NCBI GenBank assembly: GCA_016186485.1
Contig: JACPLN010000005.1
Location: forward strand, 105,256-169,255
Direction of reading: 5' to 3'
Length of the DNA: 64,000 nucleotides
From: Candidatus Nealsonbacteria bacterium
Lineage (GTDB): Bacteria; Patescibacteriota; Minisyncoccia; Minisyncoccales; UBA6532
Position numbers and translations under genes: made by a program. The first letter of the stretch is position 1. Each line of letters begins with the position of its first letter. The notes beneath the pieces are model-generated. The model made no database searches. It worked only from the letters and a program-made list of their open reading frames with translations, and was not told the DNA's origin. Below are positions 1 to 8,712 of this stretch, in pieces.

Positions 1-549
1 GACCATCCTGCCAGGGACGCTCTTTCTCTTGGAAAAACCTTTTATTTAAAGGAAGGAGGGCTAATGAGGACCCATACTTCTTCTGTGCAAATAAGGTATT
101 TTGAAAAAAATAACCCTCCGTTTAGAATTATTGTTCCGGGACGAATTTTTAGAAATGAAGCAACCGATGCCAAGCACGAATTCAATTTTTACCAGCTTGA
201 AGGTCTATTTGTTGATAAAGCCGTTTCGGTGGCTAATTTAAAAGCCGTTATCCAAGAATTTCTCCATAGGTTTTTTGAAAAATCAATAGAGATAAGGATA
301 AGACCAAGTTATTTTCCTTTCACTGAACCCTCTTTTGAAATAGATATGAGATGGGGGGAAAACTGGATGGAAATTATGGGAGCAGGAATGGTTCATCCTA
401 ACGTATTTATAAATGCGGGTTTGAATCCCGGGGACTGGCAAGGGTTTGCTTTCGGGGTGGGGCTGGATAGATTGGCAATGCTAAAGTATAAAATTAACGA
501 TATCAGATTATTTTATAGCGGAGACTTAAGATTTTTAGCGCAATTTTAA
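1..549 (+). CDS. pheS: Phenylalanine--tRNA ligase alpha subunit, C-terminal part (5' end lies outside the window)
   Basis: Frame 1 is open from base 1 (DHPARD...). Class II aaRS core blocks are present: FRNEATDAKHEFNFYQLEG, GAGMVHPNV, GFAFGVGLDRLAM. pheT starts 1 nt after the stop. Confidence 0.9.
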   Translation, partial: DHPARDALSLGKTFYLKEGGLMRTHTSSVQIRYFEKNNPPFRIIVPGRIFRNEATDAKHEFNFYQLEGLFVDKAVSVANLKAVIQEFLHRFFEKSIEIRIRPSYFPFTEPSFEIDMRWGENWMEIMGAGMVHPNVFINAGLNPGDWQGFAFGVGLDRLAMLKYKINDIRLFYSGDLRFLAQF

Positions 550-550
550 T

Positions 551-2557
551 ATGTTATTTTCATACAACTGGCTAAAAGAATATATATCAGGAAAGCTGCC
601 CCAGCCAAAAAAGCTGGCAGAGATTTTAACTATGCATAGTTTTGAGGTGACAGAACTCAAAAGAATTTCAGGGGACCGGGTTTTTAACATAGATATTTTG
701 CCAAACCGTCCTGATTGTCTTTCTTGCATTGGCCTCGCCAGAGAAATATCAGCCTTATTGGGCAGAAAATTAGGCGAGACCCGTGCCCCAAAAACAGAAA
801 AATTAACCGTTGGAAAAGGGAGTTTGGATCCAGTAAAGATAAAAATAATAAATCATACGCTGGTACCGAGATATTCAGCAATTCTGCTAGAAGGAATTGA
901 GATAAAAGATTCTCCAAGATGGCTGAGATCAAAATTGGAAAAAGTCGGGGTTCGTTCGGTAAACAATATAGTTGATATAACCAATTTTGTGATGCTTGAA
1001 ACGGGACAGCCTCTTCACGCTTTTGATTATGATAAAATAAAGGGGGCGAAGATAACTCTGAGAATGGCTAGAGAAAGAGAATTTTTAATAACGCTTGACG
1101 GGATAAGGAGGCCTTTGCGAGAAGGGGTTTTGGTTATTGAAGACAAAGAAAGATTAATTGATTTGGCAGGCGTTATGGGGGGGAGATCAAGCGAAATTGA
1201 TTCAAAGACAAAGAACGTTTTTTTGCAGGCAGGAAATTTTGAACGCCAAAACATTGCCAGGACGGTGAAAAAAATGGGTTTTGGCACGCAAGCCTCCAAT
1301 ATTTACAGCCAAGGCGTTGATCCCGCCATGACGGCGGCCGGGCTGGAAAGAGCCCATTTCCTTATTAAGGATTTGGCAGGAGGAAAAATAGTTCAGCTGG
1401 TTGATATTTATCCCAAAAAGGTTTTGCCAAAAAGAATACGGTTAGACGAGGGGCGCATTGAAAATTTGCTTGGGGTAAAAATTCCGCAAAAAAATGCGGT
1501 TTCAATCCTGAAAAATTTAGGTTTTAAACAAGAGAAGCCGCTGGTTTTAGTTCCTGCTTTTAGGCAAGACATAAATCTTGAGGAAGATTTAGTTGAGGAA
1601 GTCGGGCGAATTTATGGATACCAAAATATTCCCGCAGCGCTTCCGGTTGCCGCGCTTTCCTCGCCAAAGAGGAACCTCGATATTTTTTGGCGGGATTTTG
1701 TAAAAGCCGTCTTAAAGGAATCGGGTTTTGCCGAAGTCTACAATTATTCTTTCATTCCTGAAAAGGAGGCAAAAATCTTTGGAAAATCCATTGAACTGGA
1801 GAATCCAATCAGCCAGGATTACAAATACTTGAGGCCCAGCCTCCTCCCCGGCCTTATTTCAAATATCAGCCAAAACAAGAAATATTTTACAGATATTAAA
1901 ATATTTGAATTGGGGAAAGTTTTTAAGAAGCAAAATGGTTTTGAAGAAAAAAACATGCTTTCCGGCCTGATTTTAGGAGAAGCATTTTACGAATTAAAGG
2001 GAATAGTTGACTTGCTGCTGTCAAAATTGGGAATAAGCGGCGTTTGGTACGATTCTTACCAGCAAACCCCTCAAGAAAGCAAAATAGAAATTTGGCATAA
2101 GGAGAAATCCGCAGAAATAAAGGTAGACGGAGAGGAAATCGGATTTTTGGGAGAAATATCGCCATCTCTATTAAAGGAATTTAAAATAGAAGGAAAAGTA
2201 ACTGCCCTTGATATTGATTTTGAAAAACTAAGCAAGCTTTCTTCTGAGGAGCACGAATACGAGCCAATTTCAAGGTTCCCTTCGGCAATAAGGGATTTGG
2301 CGGTTTTGGTGCCCCCAGAAACAAAGGTTGCCGACGTTTTGAACGCAATTGAGACTGCCGGCGGGAAATTAGTAAGAGACGTAGATTTATTTGACATTTA
2401 CGAAGGAGAAGAAGTGGGAGAGGGCCAAAAGAATTTCGCTTTCCACATTATTTACCAATCGGAAGACCATACTTTAAATTCGGCGGAAGTTGAAGCGGTC
2501 CACAATAAAATAATTCAAGCAATAGAAAAAAACATACAATGGCAAGTAAGAAAATAA
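551..2557 (+). CDS. pheT: Phenylalanine--tRNA ligase beta subunit, short form (668 aa) lacking the OB-fold tRNA-binding insert
   Basis: Canonical MLFSYNWLKEY start. The sequence runs straight into the DILPNRPDCLS B3/4 region, and the C-terminal FDX-ACB-like end is RFPSAIRDLAV. Adjacent to pheS. Confidence 0.9.
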   Translation: MLFSYNWLKEYISGKLPQPKKLAEILTMHSFEVTELKRISGDRVFNIDILPNRPDCLSCIGLAREISALLGRKLGETRAPKTEKLTVGKGSLDPVKIKIINHTLVPRYSAILLEGIEIKDSPRWLRSKLEKVGVRSVNNIVDITNFVMLETGQPLHAFDYDKIKGAKITLRMAREREFLITLDGIRRPLREGVLVIEDKERLIDLAGVMGGRSSEIDSKTKNVFLQAGNFERQNIARTVKKMGFGTQASNIYSQGVDPAMTAAGLERAHFLIKDLAGGKIVQLVDIYPKKVLPKRIRLDEGRIENLLGVKIPQKNAVSILKNLGFKQEKPLVLVPAFRQDINLEEDLVEEVGRIYGYQNIPAALPVAALSSPKRNLDIFWRDFVKAVLKESGFAEVYNYSFIPEKEAKIFGKSIELENPISQDYKYLRPSLLPGLISNISQNKKYFTDIKIFELGKVFKKQNGFEEKNMLSGLILGEAFYELKGIVDLLLSKLGISGVWYDSYQQTPQESKIEIWHKEKSAEIKVDGEEIGFLGEISPSLLKEFKIEGKVTALDIDFEKLSKLSSEEHEYEPISRFPSAIRDLAVLVPPETKVADVLNAIETAGGKLVRDVDLFDIYEGEEVGEGQKNFAFHIIYQSEDHTLNSAEVEAVHNKIIQAIEKNIQWQVRK

Positions 2558-4482
2558 AACCTAAAAAAATAAAAAGCGAAGGCAGTTACGAAGCCAAGGA
2601 TATTTATGTATTGCAGGGTTTGGAGCCCGTAAGAAAAAGGCCCGGCATGTATATTGGCACTACGGGTCTTGAGGGTTTGCATCATTTGATTTGGGAGTGC
2701 GTTGACAATAGTATTGACGAGGCAATGGCTGGGTACGCAAAGAACGTTGAGATTGCGCTGACGGGCGGCAACAAGGTTACGGTTGCTGACGACGGCCGCG
2801 GCATTCCGGTTGAAAAACATCCCCAGACGAAAAAATCAGCCCTGGAAACCGTAATGACCACTCTGCATGCCGGAGCAAAGTTCGGAGGAAAGTCTTACCA
2901 GGTAGCCGGAGGCCTTCATGGGGTTGGGGTTTCGGTGGTGTGCGCTTTATCAACATGGATGAGGGTAGAGGTTTGCAGGGGAGGCTTTAGGTATTACCAG
3001 GAATATTCCAAAGGAAAAGTCAGGGCGGCCGTTAAGAAAATGGGAAATTGCCGCCAAACAGGGACCAGCGTTTCTTTTGAGCCGGACCCCGAAGTCTTCA
3101 AGGAAATACGCTTTGATTTAAAGAAGATATTAAACCATCTTCGCCAGCAGGCTTATCTTACCAAGGGAGTAAGGATATCGGTGAAGGACAATAGGGCTAG
3201 CGAAAAATCCGAATACACATTTTATTTTGAAGGCGGCCTGAAGTCTTATGTCAAATATCTTGTTAGAGGAACCCCTTTAAGGCAGCAAAACATTTTTTAT
3301 ACCCAAGGAACGTATGAAGATATTTTAGTTGAGACAGCCTTTCAATACACTCAAGACCAGGAATATTTTGAAGAAAGTTTTGCCAACAATATCAATACCG
3401 GAGAAGGAGGAACGCATTTGACCGGATTGAGAACCGCCCTTACCAGAACCTTTAACGATTATGCAAGGCGGAATAACTACCTAAAAGAAAAAGACGAGAA
3501 TCTGTCCGGGGAGGATATAAGGGAGGGATTTACCGGCGTTGTTTCGGTTAAATTAAAAGAGCCCCAGTTTGAGGGGCAGACAAAAGCCAGGCTGGGGAAC
3601 CCCGAAGCTAGGCTGGCGGTAGAAAAAGTCGCTTCAGAAGGGTTAGCAGATTTTCTTGAAAGAAATCCCCAAGACGCAAGAGCTGTTATTGAAAACTGCA
3701 TTTTGGCGCAAAAGGCAAGGAAAGCCGCGAAGTCAGCCAGAGAAACCGTTTTGAGAAAAGGGATTCTTGAGGGTTTGGCCCTGCCGGGGAAACTGGCTGA
3801 TTGCGTTTCAAGAAACCCCGAGGAGTCCGAATTATACATTGTTGAGGGGGAGAGCGCCGGAGGGTCTTCAAGGCAGGCGAGAGACAGGCATTTTCAGGCA
3901 ATATTGCCATTGAAAGGCAAAATTTTGAATGTTGAAAGAGCAAGGCTGGATAAGATTTTGTCTTCAAAAGAAATAAGGTCTTTAATCATTGCTTTGGGCA
4001 CGGCCGTTGCCGACGACTTTAACATAGAAAAAGCTAGATATTACCGTACGGTTATAATGTGCGACGCGGACTCCGACGGAAACCATATCAGAACCCTTCT
4101 TTTAACTTTATTTTACAGATATTTTAAGCCTTTAATAGAGAAGGGGTATCTTTATATCGCCCAGCCTCCTCTTTACAAGATCCAGGCAGGGAAGAGAATA
4201 GAGTACGCCTATACGGAAACGGACAAAGAAGAAATTTTGGCAGATATTAAAAAACAAAAATTAAACGCCAATATTCAAAGATATAAAGGTTTGGGCGAAA
4301 TGAACCCCGAAGAGCTTTGGGAAACGACAATGAATCCAAAAAACAGGGTTCTTTTGAAAGTGACAATTGAAGACGGAAGGGAGGCAGACAAAATATTTGA
4401 CGTTTTAATGGGTGAAGAGGTTCTTCCGAGGAAAAAGTTTATCCAAGCTCAAGCAAAAAAGGTGCAAAATCTTGACATTTAA
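2539..4482 (+). CDS. gyrB: DNA gyrase subunit B
   Basis: GHKL ATPase motifs (LEPVRKRPGMYIGTT, HHLIWECVDNSIDEA), Toprim EGESAGGS, and QPPLYK. Overlaps the pheT end by 19 nt. Confidence 0.95.
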   Translation: MASKKIKPKKIKSEGSYEAKDIYVLQGLEPVRKRPGMYIGTTGLEGLHHLIWECVDNSIDEAMAGYAKNVEIALTGGNKVTVADDGRGIPVEKHPQTKKSALETVMTTLHAGAKFGGKSYQVAGGLHGVGVSVVCALSTWMRVEVCRGGFRYYQEYSKGKVRAAVKKMGNCRQTGTSVSFEPDPEVFKEIRFDLKKILNHLRQQAYLTKGVRISVKDNRASEKSEYTFYFEGGLKSYVKYLVRGTPLRQQNIFYTQGTYEDILVETAFQYTQDQEYFEESFANNINTGEGGTHLTGLRTALTRTFNDYARRNNYLKEKDENLSGEDIREGFTGVVSVKLKEPQFEGQTKARLGNPEARLAVEKVASEGLADFLERNPQDARAVIENCILAQKARKAAKSARETVLRKGILEGLALPGKLADCVSRNPEESELYIVEGESAGGSSRQARDRHFQAILPLKGKILNVERARLDKILSSKEIRSLIIALGTAVADDFNIEKARYYRTVIMCDADSDGNHIRTLLLTLFYRYFKPLIEKGYLYIAQPPLYKIQAGKRIEYAYTETDKEEILADIKKQKLNANIQRYKGLGEMNPEELWETTMNPKNRVLLKVTIEDGREADKIFDVLMGEEVLPRKKFIQAQAKKVQNLDI

Positions 4483-4485
4483 CAA

Positions 4486-4526
4486 GGCCTTGCTATCATA
4501 AGGCAAGGCCCCCGAAGGCCGTTTTT
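4486..4526 (+). terminator. Intrinsic terminator after gyrB
   Basis: GGCCTTGC/GCAAGGCC stem (4486-4493/4503-4510), a second GGCC..GGCC stem, then GTTTTT. Confidence 0.5.
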
Positions 4527-4541
4527 AAATAAGATTTTTGT

Positions 4542-4733
4542 ATGAATATATTTGCAATAATCGTAAATTACCTGAAAGAGGTAAGGGCAGAGGTAAAAAA
4601 GGTCAGCTGGCCCACAAGAGAACAAACGCTAAATTACACTTTGATTGTGGTGGGGTTGTCTATTGTCGTTGCTATATATATGGGCGGTTTGGATGTTCTA
4701 TTCTCCCGATTGTTAAATAAATTAATATTGTAA
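4542..4733 (+). CDS. secE: Preprotein translocase subunit SecE
   Basis: 63 aa with the KEVRAEVKKVSWPTREQT motif and one C-terminal TM helix. Sits directly upstream of nusG in the conserved secE-nusG-rplK order. Confidence 0.85.
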   Translation: MNIFAIIVNYLKEVRAEVKKVSWPTREQTLNYTLIVVGLSIVVAIYMGGLDVLFSRLLNKLIL

Positions 4734-4734
4734 T

Positions 4735-5280
4735 ATGCCAAAACAGCAGCTTCCGCAACAAAGAAATTGGTACGTTATCCATACCTATTCCGGATACGAA
4801 GATTCTGTGGCTAGGAATTTAAAGCAAAGGATTGAGTCTTTGGGTATGGATAATAAGATTTTCAGCGTTATTGTGCCAAAAGAAAAGAAAATCAAGATAA
4901 AGGAGGGGAAGAGAAGGGTTATTGAAGAGAAGATTTACCCCGGCTATGTCTTGGTTGAGATGATAGTTACCGATGATTCGTGGTATGTTGTTAGGAATAC
5001 CCCGAATGTTACCGGTTTTGTCGGGGCCGGCACGACACCCGTTCCCGTTTCTCCGGAGGAAATTGAAATCCTAAAGAAGAGAATGGGGGCTGCAGAGCCC
5101 CATTACAAGATAGACGTAAAAGCCGGAGACGCCGTAAAGATTACCGACGGCCCGTTTAAGGATTTTGACGGTAGGATTTCAGAGGTTGATCAAGAGCGCG
5201 GAAAGGTAAAGGTTTTGGTGAATATGTTCGGCAGAGACACGCCCGTGGAATTAGACTCCCTACAAATTAAAAAGATTTAA
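4735..5280 (+). CDS. nusG: Transcription termination/antitermination factor NusG
   Basis: NGN domain ([11 protein letters not shown]) and KOW domain ([22 protein letters not shown]). Conserved neighbourhood. Confidence 0.95.
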   Translation: MPKQQLPQQRNWYVIHTYSGYEDSVARNLKQRIESLGMDNKIFSVIVPKEKKIKIKEGKRRVIEEKIYPGYVLVEMIVTDDSWYVVRNTPNVTGFVGAGTTPVPVSPEEIEILKKRMGAAEPHYKIDVKAGDAVKITDGPFKDFDGRISEVDQERGKVKVLVNMFGRDTPVELDSLQIKKI

Positions 5281-5296
5281 TATAATACCAGGCAAT

Positions 5297-5719
5297 ATGC
5301 CCAAAAAAATAAAGGCTATAGTAAAACTTCAAATACAGGCAGGCCAGGCAACGCCGGCGCCTCCGGTGGGGCCGTCTTTGGCTCAGCATGGGGTAAATAT
5401 CTCAGAATTTTGCCAAAAGTTTAACGACAGAACCAAAGACAAACAGGGCTTTAAAATACCGGTGGAAATAACTGTTTTTGAAGATAGAACCTATGAGTTT
5501 AAGCTAAAACAGCCGCCAGCTTCAGAATTATTGAAGAAAGCAGCCGGAATTGAAAAAGGATCGGGGCAGCCAAACAAGGTAAAAGTTGCTAAAATAACCA
5601 GAGCGCAGCTTAAAGAAATCGCTCAAAAGAAAATGGAAGACCTTAATGCCAACGATATTGAGGCTGCAATGAAAATTATTGAAGGCACTGCCCGCAATAT
5701 GGGAATTGAAATTCAATAA
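5297..5719 (+). CDS. rplK: 50S ribosomal protein L11
   Basis: [26 protein letters not shown] is a typical L11 N-terminus. Confidence 0.95.
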   Translation: MPKKIKAIVKLQIQAGQATPAPPVGPSLAQHGVNISEFCQKFNDRTKDKQGFKIPVEITVFEDRTYEFKLKQPPASELLKKAAGIEKGSGQPNKVKVAKITRAQLKEIAQKKMEDLNANDIEAAMKIIEGTARNMGIEIQ

Positions 5720-5723
5720 TTTT

Positions 5724-6269
5724 ATGGAAAACAAAAGCAATAATTCTTTTGAAACTAAAAGGCCGAGCTGGGAAGAGTTTTGGTTTACCCTCGCGCTTTT
5801 TTATTCAACACGCGGAACTTGCGACAGGTTGAGGGCCGGCTGTCTCTTGGTTGATAAAAATAACAGGTTAATCGGGGCCGGCTACAATGGCTCTCTTCCG
5901 GGGCATCCGCACTGCGACGATGTCGGGCATCTTATGGTTGACGGCCACTGCCTAAGGACGCTGCACTCTGAAGTTAACGCAATATTGTACAGCGCCGGAG
6001 ACCTTGATGGGGCAACGGCTTACGTCATTGGCACGCCTTGCATTGACTGCGTTAAAAAACTTCTTTCAAAGAAAGTAAAAAAGATTCTTTTCACCAGAGA
6101 TTACGATAACAAAGAAAAAGGGGGAAAACAGATTTTTGAACTAGCCAATTCTTCCGGGGCAGAGCTCAGGCGGGCCGATATAGACTTCGCAAAAGTTCTA
6201 AAGAAAAAGATTTCAATACTAAACGGTCCCGGAGGAGCTTTTAACGGCCAAGATATTAAATTAACCTGA
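5724..6269 (+). CDS. Deoxycytidylate (dCMP) deaminase-like cytidine/deoxycytidylate deaminase
   Basis: Zinc motifs HSEVNA and PCIDCVKK. I prefer ATG 5724 (MENKSNN) because the longer ORF from 5679 overlaps rplK. Confidence 0.8.
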   Translation: MENKSNNSFETKRPSWEEFWFTLALFYSTRGTCDRLRAGCLLVDKNNRLIGAGYNGSLPGHPHCDDVGHLMVDGHCLRTLHSEVNAILYSAGDLDGATAYVIGTPCIDCVKKLLSKKVKKILFTRDYDNKEKGGKQIFELANSSGAELRRADIDFAKVLKKKISILNGPGGAFNGQDIKLT

Positions 6270-6276
6270 CCAAACC

Positions 6277-6894
6277 ATGCAGAAAAACACATATCCCGGA
6301 AAGCTTATTGTATTTGAGGGATTGGACGGTTCAGGTCAAAGCACTCAGGCAGGACTTCTCCGCGATTTTTTAGTTTTCAAGGACTATCAAGTAATTTTGA
6401 CCAAAGAGCCAACAAAAGATTCTGAAGCTGGTAAAAAAATTAGAGAAGTTTTGGATAAAAAAAAGAAAGTTAGTCCTGAAGAGCTTCAGAAGTTTTTCGC
6501 AGAAGACCGGAAAGAACACCTGGAAAAGGTAATTATCCCCGCTTTAAAGGAGGGGAAGATCGCGATATCAGATCGTTATTTTTTTTCAACCTTTGCTTTT
6601 GGTACGGGCTCGGGCCTTGATTTAGAATGGCTAATTAAGCTTAATGATAATTTTCTTTTGCCGGATTTAGCCGTTATTTTGAGGGTAAGCCCTAAGGTTT
6701 GCATAGAAAGGATTAAGGCCAGAGGAAGCGTTAGAACCCTTTTTGAAGAAGAAGATAGGTTAGCTAGAGTTTGGAAGGTTTACGAAGTCTTGCCAGATCG
6801 TTTTGAAAATGTTCATATTGTAGATGGAGAGAGATCGGTTGAAGATGTCCACGAAAATATCAAAGCTCTTTTGCAAGAAAAACTTGAGTTGTAG
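6277..6894 (+). CDS. tmk: Thymidylate kinase
   Basis: P-loop GKLIVFEGLDGSGQSTQ and a DRYFFST motif. Confidence 0.9.
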   Translation: MQKNTYPGKLIVFEGLDGSGQSTQAGLLRDFLVFKDYQVILTKEPTKDSEAGKKIREVLDKKKKVSPEELQKFFAEDRKEHLEKVIIPALKEGKIAISDRYFFSTFAFGTGSGLDLEWLIKLNDNFLLPDLAVILRVSPKVCIERIKARGSVRTLFEEEDRLARVWKVYEVLPDRFENVHIVDGERSVEDVHENIKALLQEKLEL

Positions 6895-6904
6895 GTGATA
6901 GTGG

Positions 6905-7690
6905 TTGAGAATAGTAGAACCTAAGGTGTTTCTGGTCGGAGAAACCAGGATTATGAAGTCCGAATTGAATGCCTATTTAAGGCATATTGGCGTCCCAAAG
7001 TGGAAGTCGGACGCGACAACAGATGCCGAGAAGCTGACTGAGGTTTACGGGCGGCTTTGCTACAGGAGTTTCGTTCCCGGCCTCAATCCTAATGTTAAAA
7101 AAATCAGAGAGCGCAATAAGGACTATCTGGAAAACGTTATTGAGGTGAAACACGGTTCTGTATTAGAGCATATAACGCTGAATTTTATCTTTGCCGATGT
7201 CAGCCGGGTTTTCACCCACGAATTGGTCCGTCACAGGGTAGGGGTGGCAATTTCACAAGAGAGCTTGCGGTTTGTAAGACTTACTGATTTGGGATTCTGG
7301 CCGCCTTTGGCAGTCAGGGAAAACGAAAAGGTAATGGAAGTTATGTCCAATACCTTCAAGATTCTAGAGAAGCTGCAAAAAGATTTGGCGGAAGAATTAG
7401 GGCTTGATGAAGAAGATAAAAAGTTTGCTGAAAAGAAAAAGCTGACTTCGGCAATGAGAAGGATAGCGCCTCTGGGTTCAGCCACCGCTATCGGCTGGTC
7501 TACGAATATAAGGAATTTGAGACATGTAATTGAAATGAGAACTGATCCTGCGGCCGAAGAGGAAATAAGGCTGGTTTTCGGGAAAGTTGCTGAAATAGTT
7601 AAGGAGCGTTATCCAAATCTGTTTGCCGATTACGAAGTTGAAATTGCAGATGGTTTGCCCTGGTGGCATACCAAAAACAAAAAAGTATAA
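6905..7690 (+). CDS. thyX: FAD-dependent thymidylate synthase ThyX (TTG start)
   Basis: ThyX signature HELVRHRVGVAISQESLRF (RHRxxSxxxxSxR). Confidence 0.9.
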   Translation: MRIVEPKVFLVGETRIMKSELNAYLRHIGVPKWKSDATTDAEKLTEVYGRLCYRSFVPGLNPNVKKIRERNKDYLENVIEVKHGSVLEHITLNFIFADVSRVFTHELVRHRVGVAISQESLRFVRLTDLGFWPPLAVRENEKVMEVMSNTFKILEKLQKDLAEELGLDEEDKKFAEKKKLTSAMRRIAPLGSATAIGWSTNIRNLRHVIEMRTDPAAEEEIRLVFGKVAEIVKERYPNLFADYEVEIADGLPWWHTKNKKV

Positions 7691-7723
7691 AAGGCTTAAA
7701 CTCGTTCTAGCCTTTTTATTTTT
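7691..7723 (+). terminator. Intrinsic terminator after thyX
   Basis: AAGGCT (7691-7696) pairs with AGCCTT (7709-7714), followed by TTTTTATTTTT. Confidence 0.55.
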
Positions 7724-7755
7724 CGGCTGTTGACAGAAATACTATTATGTTTAAA
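7711..7755 (+). repeat. 45-bp perfect direct repeat, left copy (right copy at 8667..8711)
   Basis: CCTTTTTATTTTTCGGCTGTTGACAGAAATACTATTATGTTTAAA is identical at both sites, offset 956 bp. Confidence 0.95.
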
Positions 7756-7757
7756 AT
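7730..7757 (+). promoter_or_regulatory. Sigma70-like promoter for the tandem-repeat protein gene
   Basis: TTGACA (7730-7735), 16 nt, TAAAAT (7752-7757). The last 2 nt of the -10 lie outside the 45-bp repeat. Confidence 0.6.
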
Positions 7758-7862
7758 GGAGGTTAGCCATGAATAAATTGCTTTGGGTTGTATCTCCAAC
7801 GTGCCAGAAGGGGTGCCTTGGAGTAACTAGCCCAATAGTGAAAGAGGTTAGGAGGTGCATGT

Positions 7863-8633
7863 ATGTTGGGTAAAGTGAATGTAGACCAACTCTGCGAACT
7901 CTTCAGTCAGATAGCTGGAGGGAAAGTTACATCTGAAGCTATACAGGAATTGATTGACAAAGCGCCAAAGCTGGCGTTGCAACAGACTCTTGGGATAGTC
8001 TTGCGCCAGGCTCGTAAGACTGTAAAAGAAATCAACGACCCTCATTTACGAGCCAAAACTCTAGCAGCCATTGCCGGAGTAAGCCATGATGTCCATGACC
8101 TTGACGCAGCCAGAGAAAGCCATGATGTCCATGACCTTGACGCAGCCAGAAAACTAGTACCAGAAATCAGCCATCCTTATTCGCGAGCCGAAGTTCTAGC
8201 AGCCATTGCCGGAGTAAGCCATGATGTCCATGACCTTGACGCAACCAGAGAATCATTAGCAAAAATCACTGATCCTTACCAGCTAGCCAAAACTCTAGCA
8301 GCCATTGCCGGAGTAAGCCATGATGTCCATGACCTTGACGCAGCCAGAAAACTAGTACCAGAAATCAGCCATCCTTATTCGCGAGCCGGAGTTCTAGCAG
8401 CCATTGCCGGAGTAAGCCATGATGTTCATGACCTTGACGCAGCCAGAAAACTAGTACCAGAAATCAGCCATCCTTATTTACGAGCCAAAACTCTAGCAGC
8501 CATTGCCGGAGTAAGCCATGATGTCCATGACCTTGACGCAGCCAGAGAATCATTAGCAAAAATCACTGATCCTTACCAGCTAGCCGGAGTTCTAGCAGCC
8601 ATTGCCGGAGCATTAGCTGAAGCGCTGAAGTAA
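7863..8633 (+). CDS. Tandem-repeat protein with 33-aa helical-looking repeats (LAAIAGVSHDVHDLDAAR...); function unknown
   Basis: AGGAGG sits 8 nt upstream of the ATG. The ORF is made of near-identical 99-bp units. Own promoter and terminator. Confidence 0.75.
   Translation: MLGKVNVDQLCELFSQIAGGKVTSEAIQELIDKAPKLALQQTLGIVLRQARKTVKEINDPHLRAKTLAAIAGVSHDVHDLDAARESHDVHDLDAARKLVPEISHPYSRAEVLAAIAGVSHDVHDLDATRESLAKITDPYQLAKTLAAIAGVSHDVHDLDAARKLVPEISHPYSRAGVLAAIAGVSHDVHDLDAARKLVPEISHPYLRAKTLAAIAGVSHDVHDLDAARESLAKITDPYQLAGVLAAIAGALAEALK
8028..8630 (+). repeat. In-frame 99-bp tandem repeat array (about 5.5 units plus one internal 36-bp duplication)
   Basis: CTAGCAGCCATTGCCGGAGTAAGCCATGATGT recurs at 8061, 8196, 8295, 8394, 8493 and 8592. 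The first interval is 135 bp because of an extra 36-bp copy. Confidence 0.95.
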
Positions 8634-8651
8634 GTCCGAAAGTTCCAAGTT

Positions 8652-8679
8652 AGGGGCCACAAAGCCCCTTTTTATTTTT
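8652..8679 (+). terminator. Intrinsic terminator after the repeat-protein gene
   Basis: AGGGGC (8652-8657) pairs with GCCCCT (8664-8669), followed by a T-run. Confidence 0.6.
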
Positions 8680-8711
8680 CGGCTGTTGACAGAAATACTA
8701 TTATGTTTAAA
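8667..8711 (+). repeat. 45-bp perfect direct repeat, right copy
   Basis: Identical to 7711..7755. It ends 1 nt before the stop codon of the convergent gene 8713..9750. Confidence 0.95.
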
Positions 8712-8712
8712 G

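Noticed and set aside
4538-4720. ORF 4538..4720 (60 aa), overlapping secE in another frame.
   Set aside because: The secE frame gives a canonical SecE sequence with a TM helix. The alternative frame is a Lys/Arg/Cys-rich artefact.
7769-7870. 33-codon upstream ORF in the leader of the repeat-protein gene (MNKLLWVVSPTCQKGCLG...).
   Set aside because: There is no SD sequence. It overlaps a long hairpin (CTCCAA...TTGGAG) that better explains the sequence, and it ends inside the main ORF start region. It could still be a regulatory uORF, but I have no evidence for that.
8028-8630. CRISPR array or TALE-like nucleic-acid code in the 99-bp repeats.
   Set aside because: The units are contiguous with no spacers and lie in frame in one ORF, so this is not a CRISPR array. 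The 33-aa period and an AIAG-x-SHD stretch superficially recall TALE repeats (VAIASHDGG). However, the loop is invariant and the variability lies elsewhere, so a repeat-variable-diresidue code is not supported.
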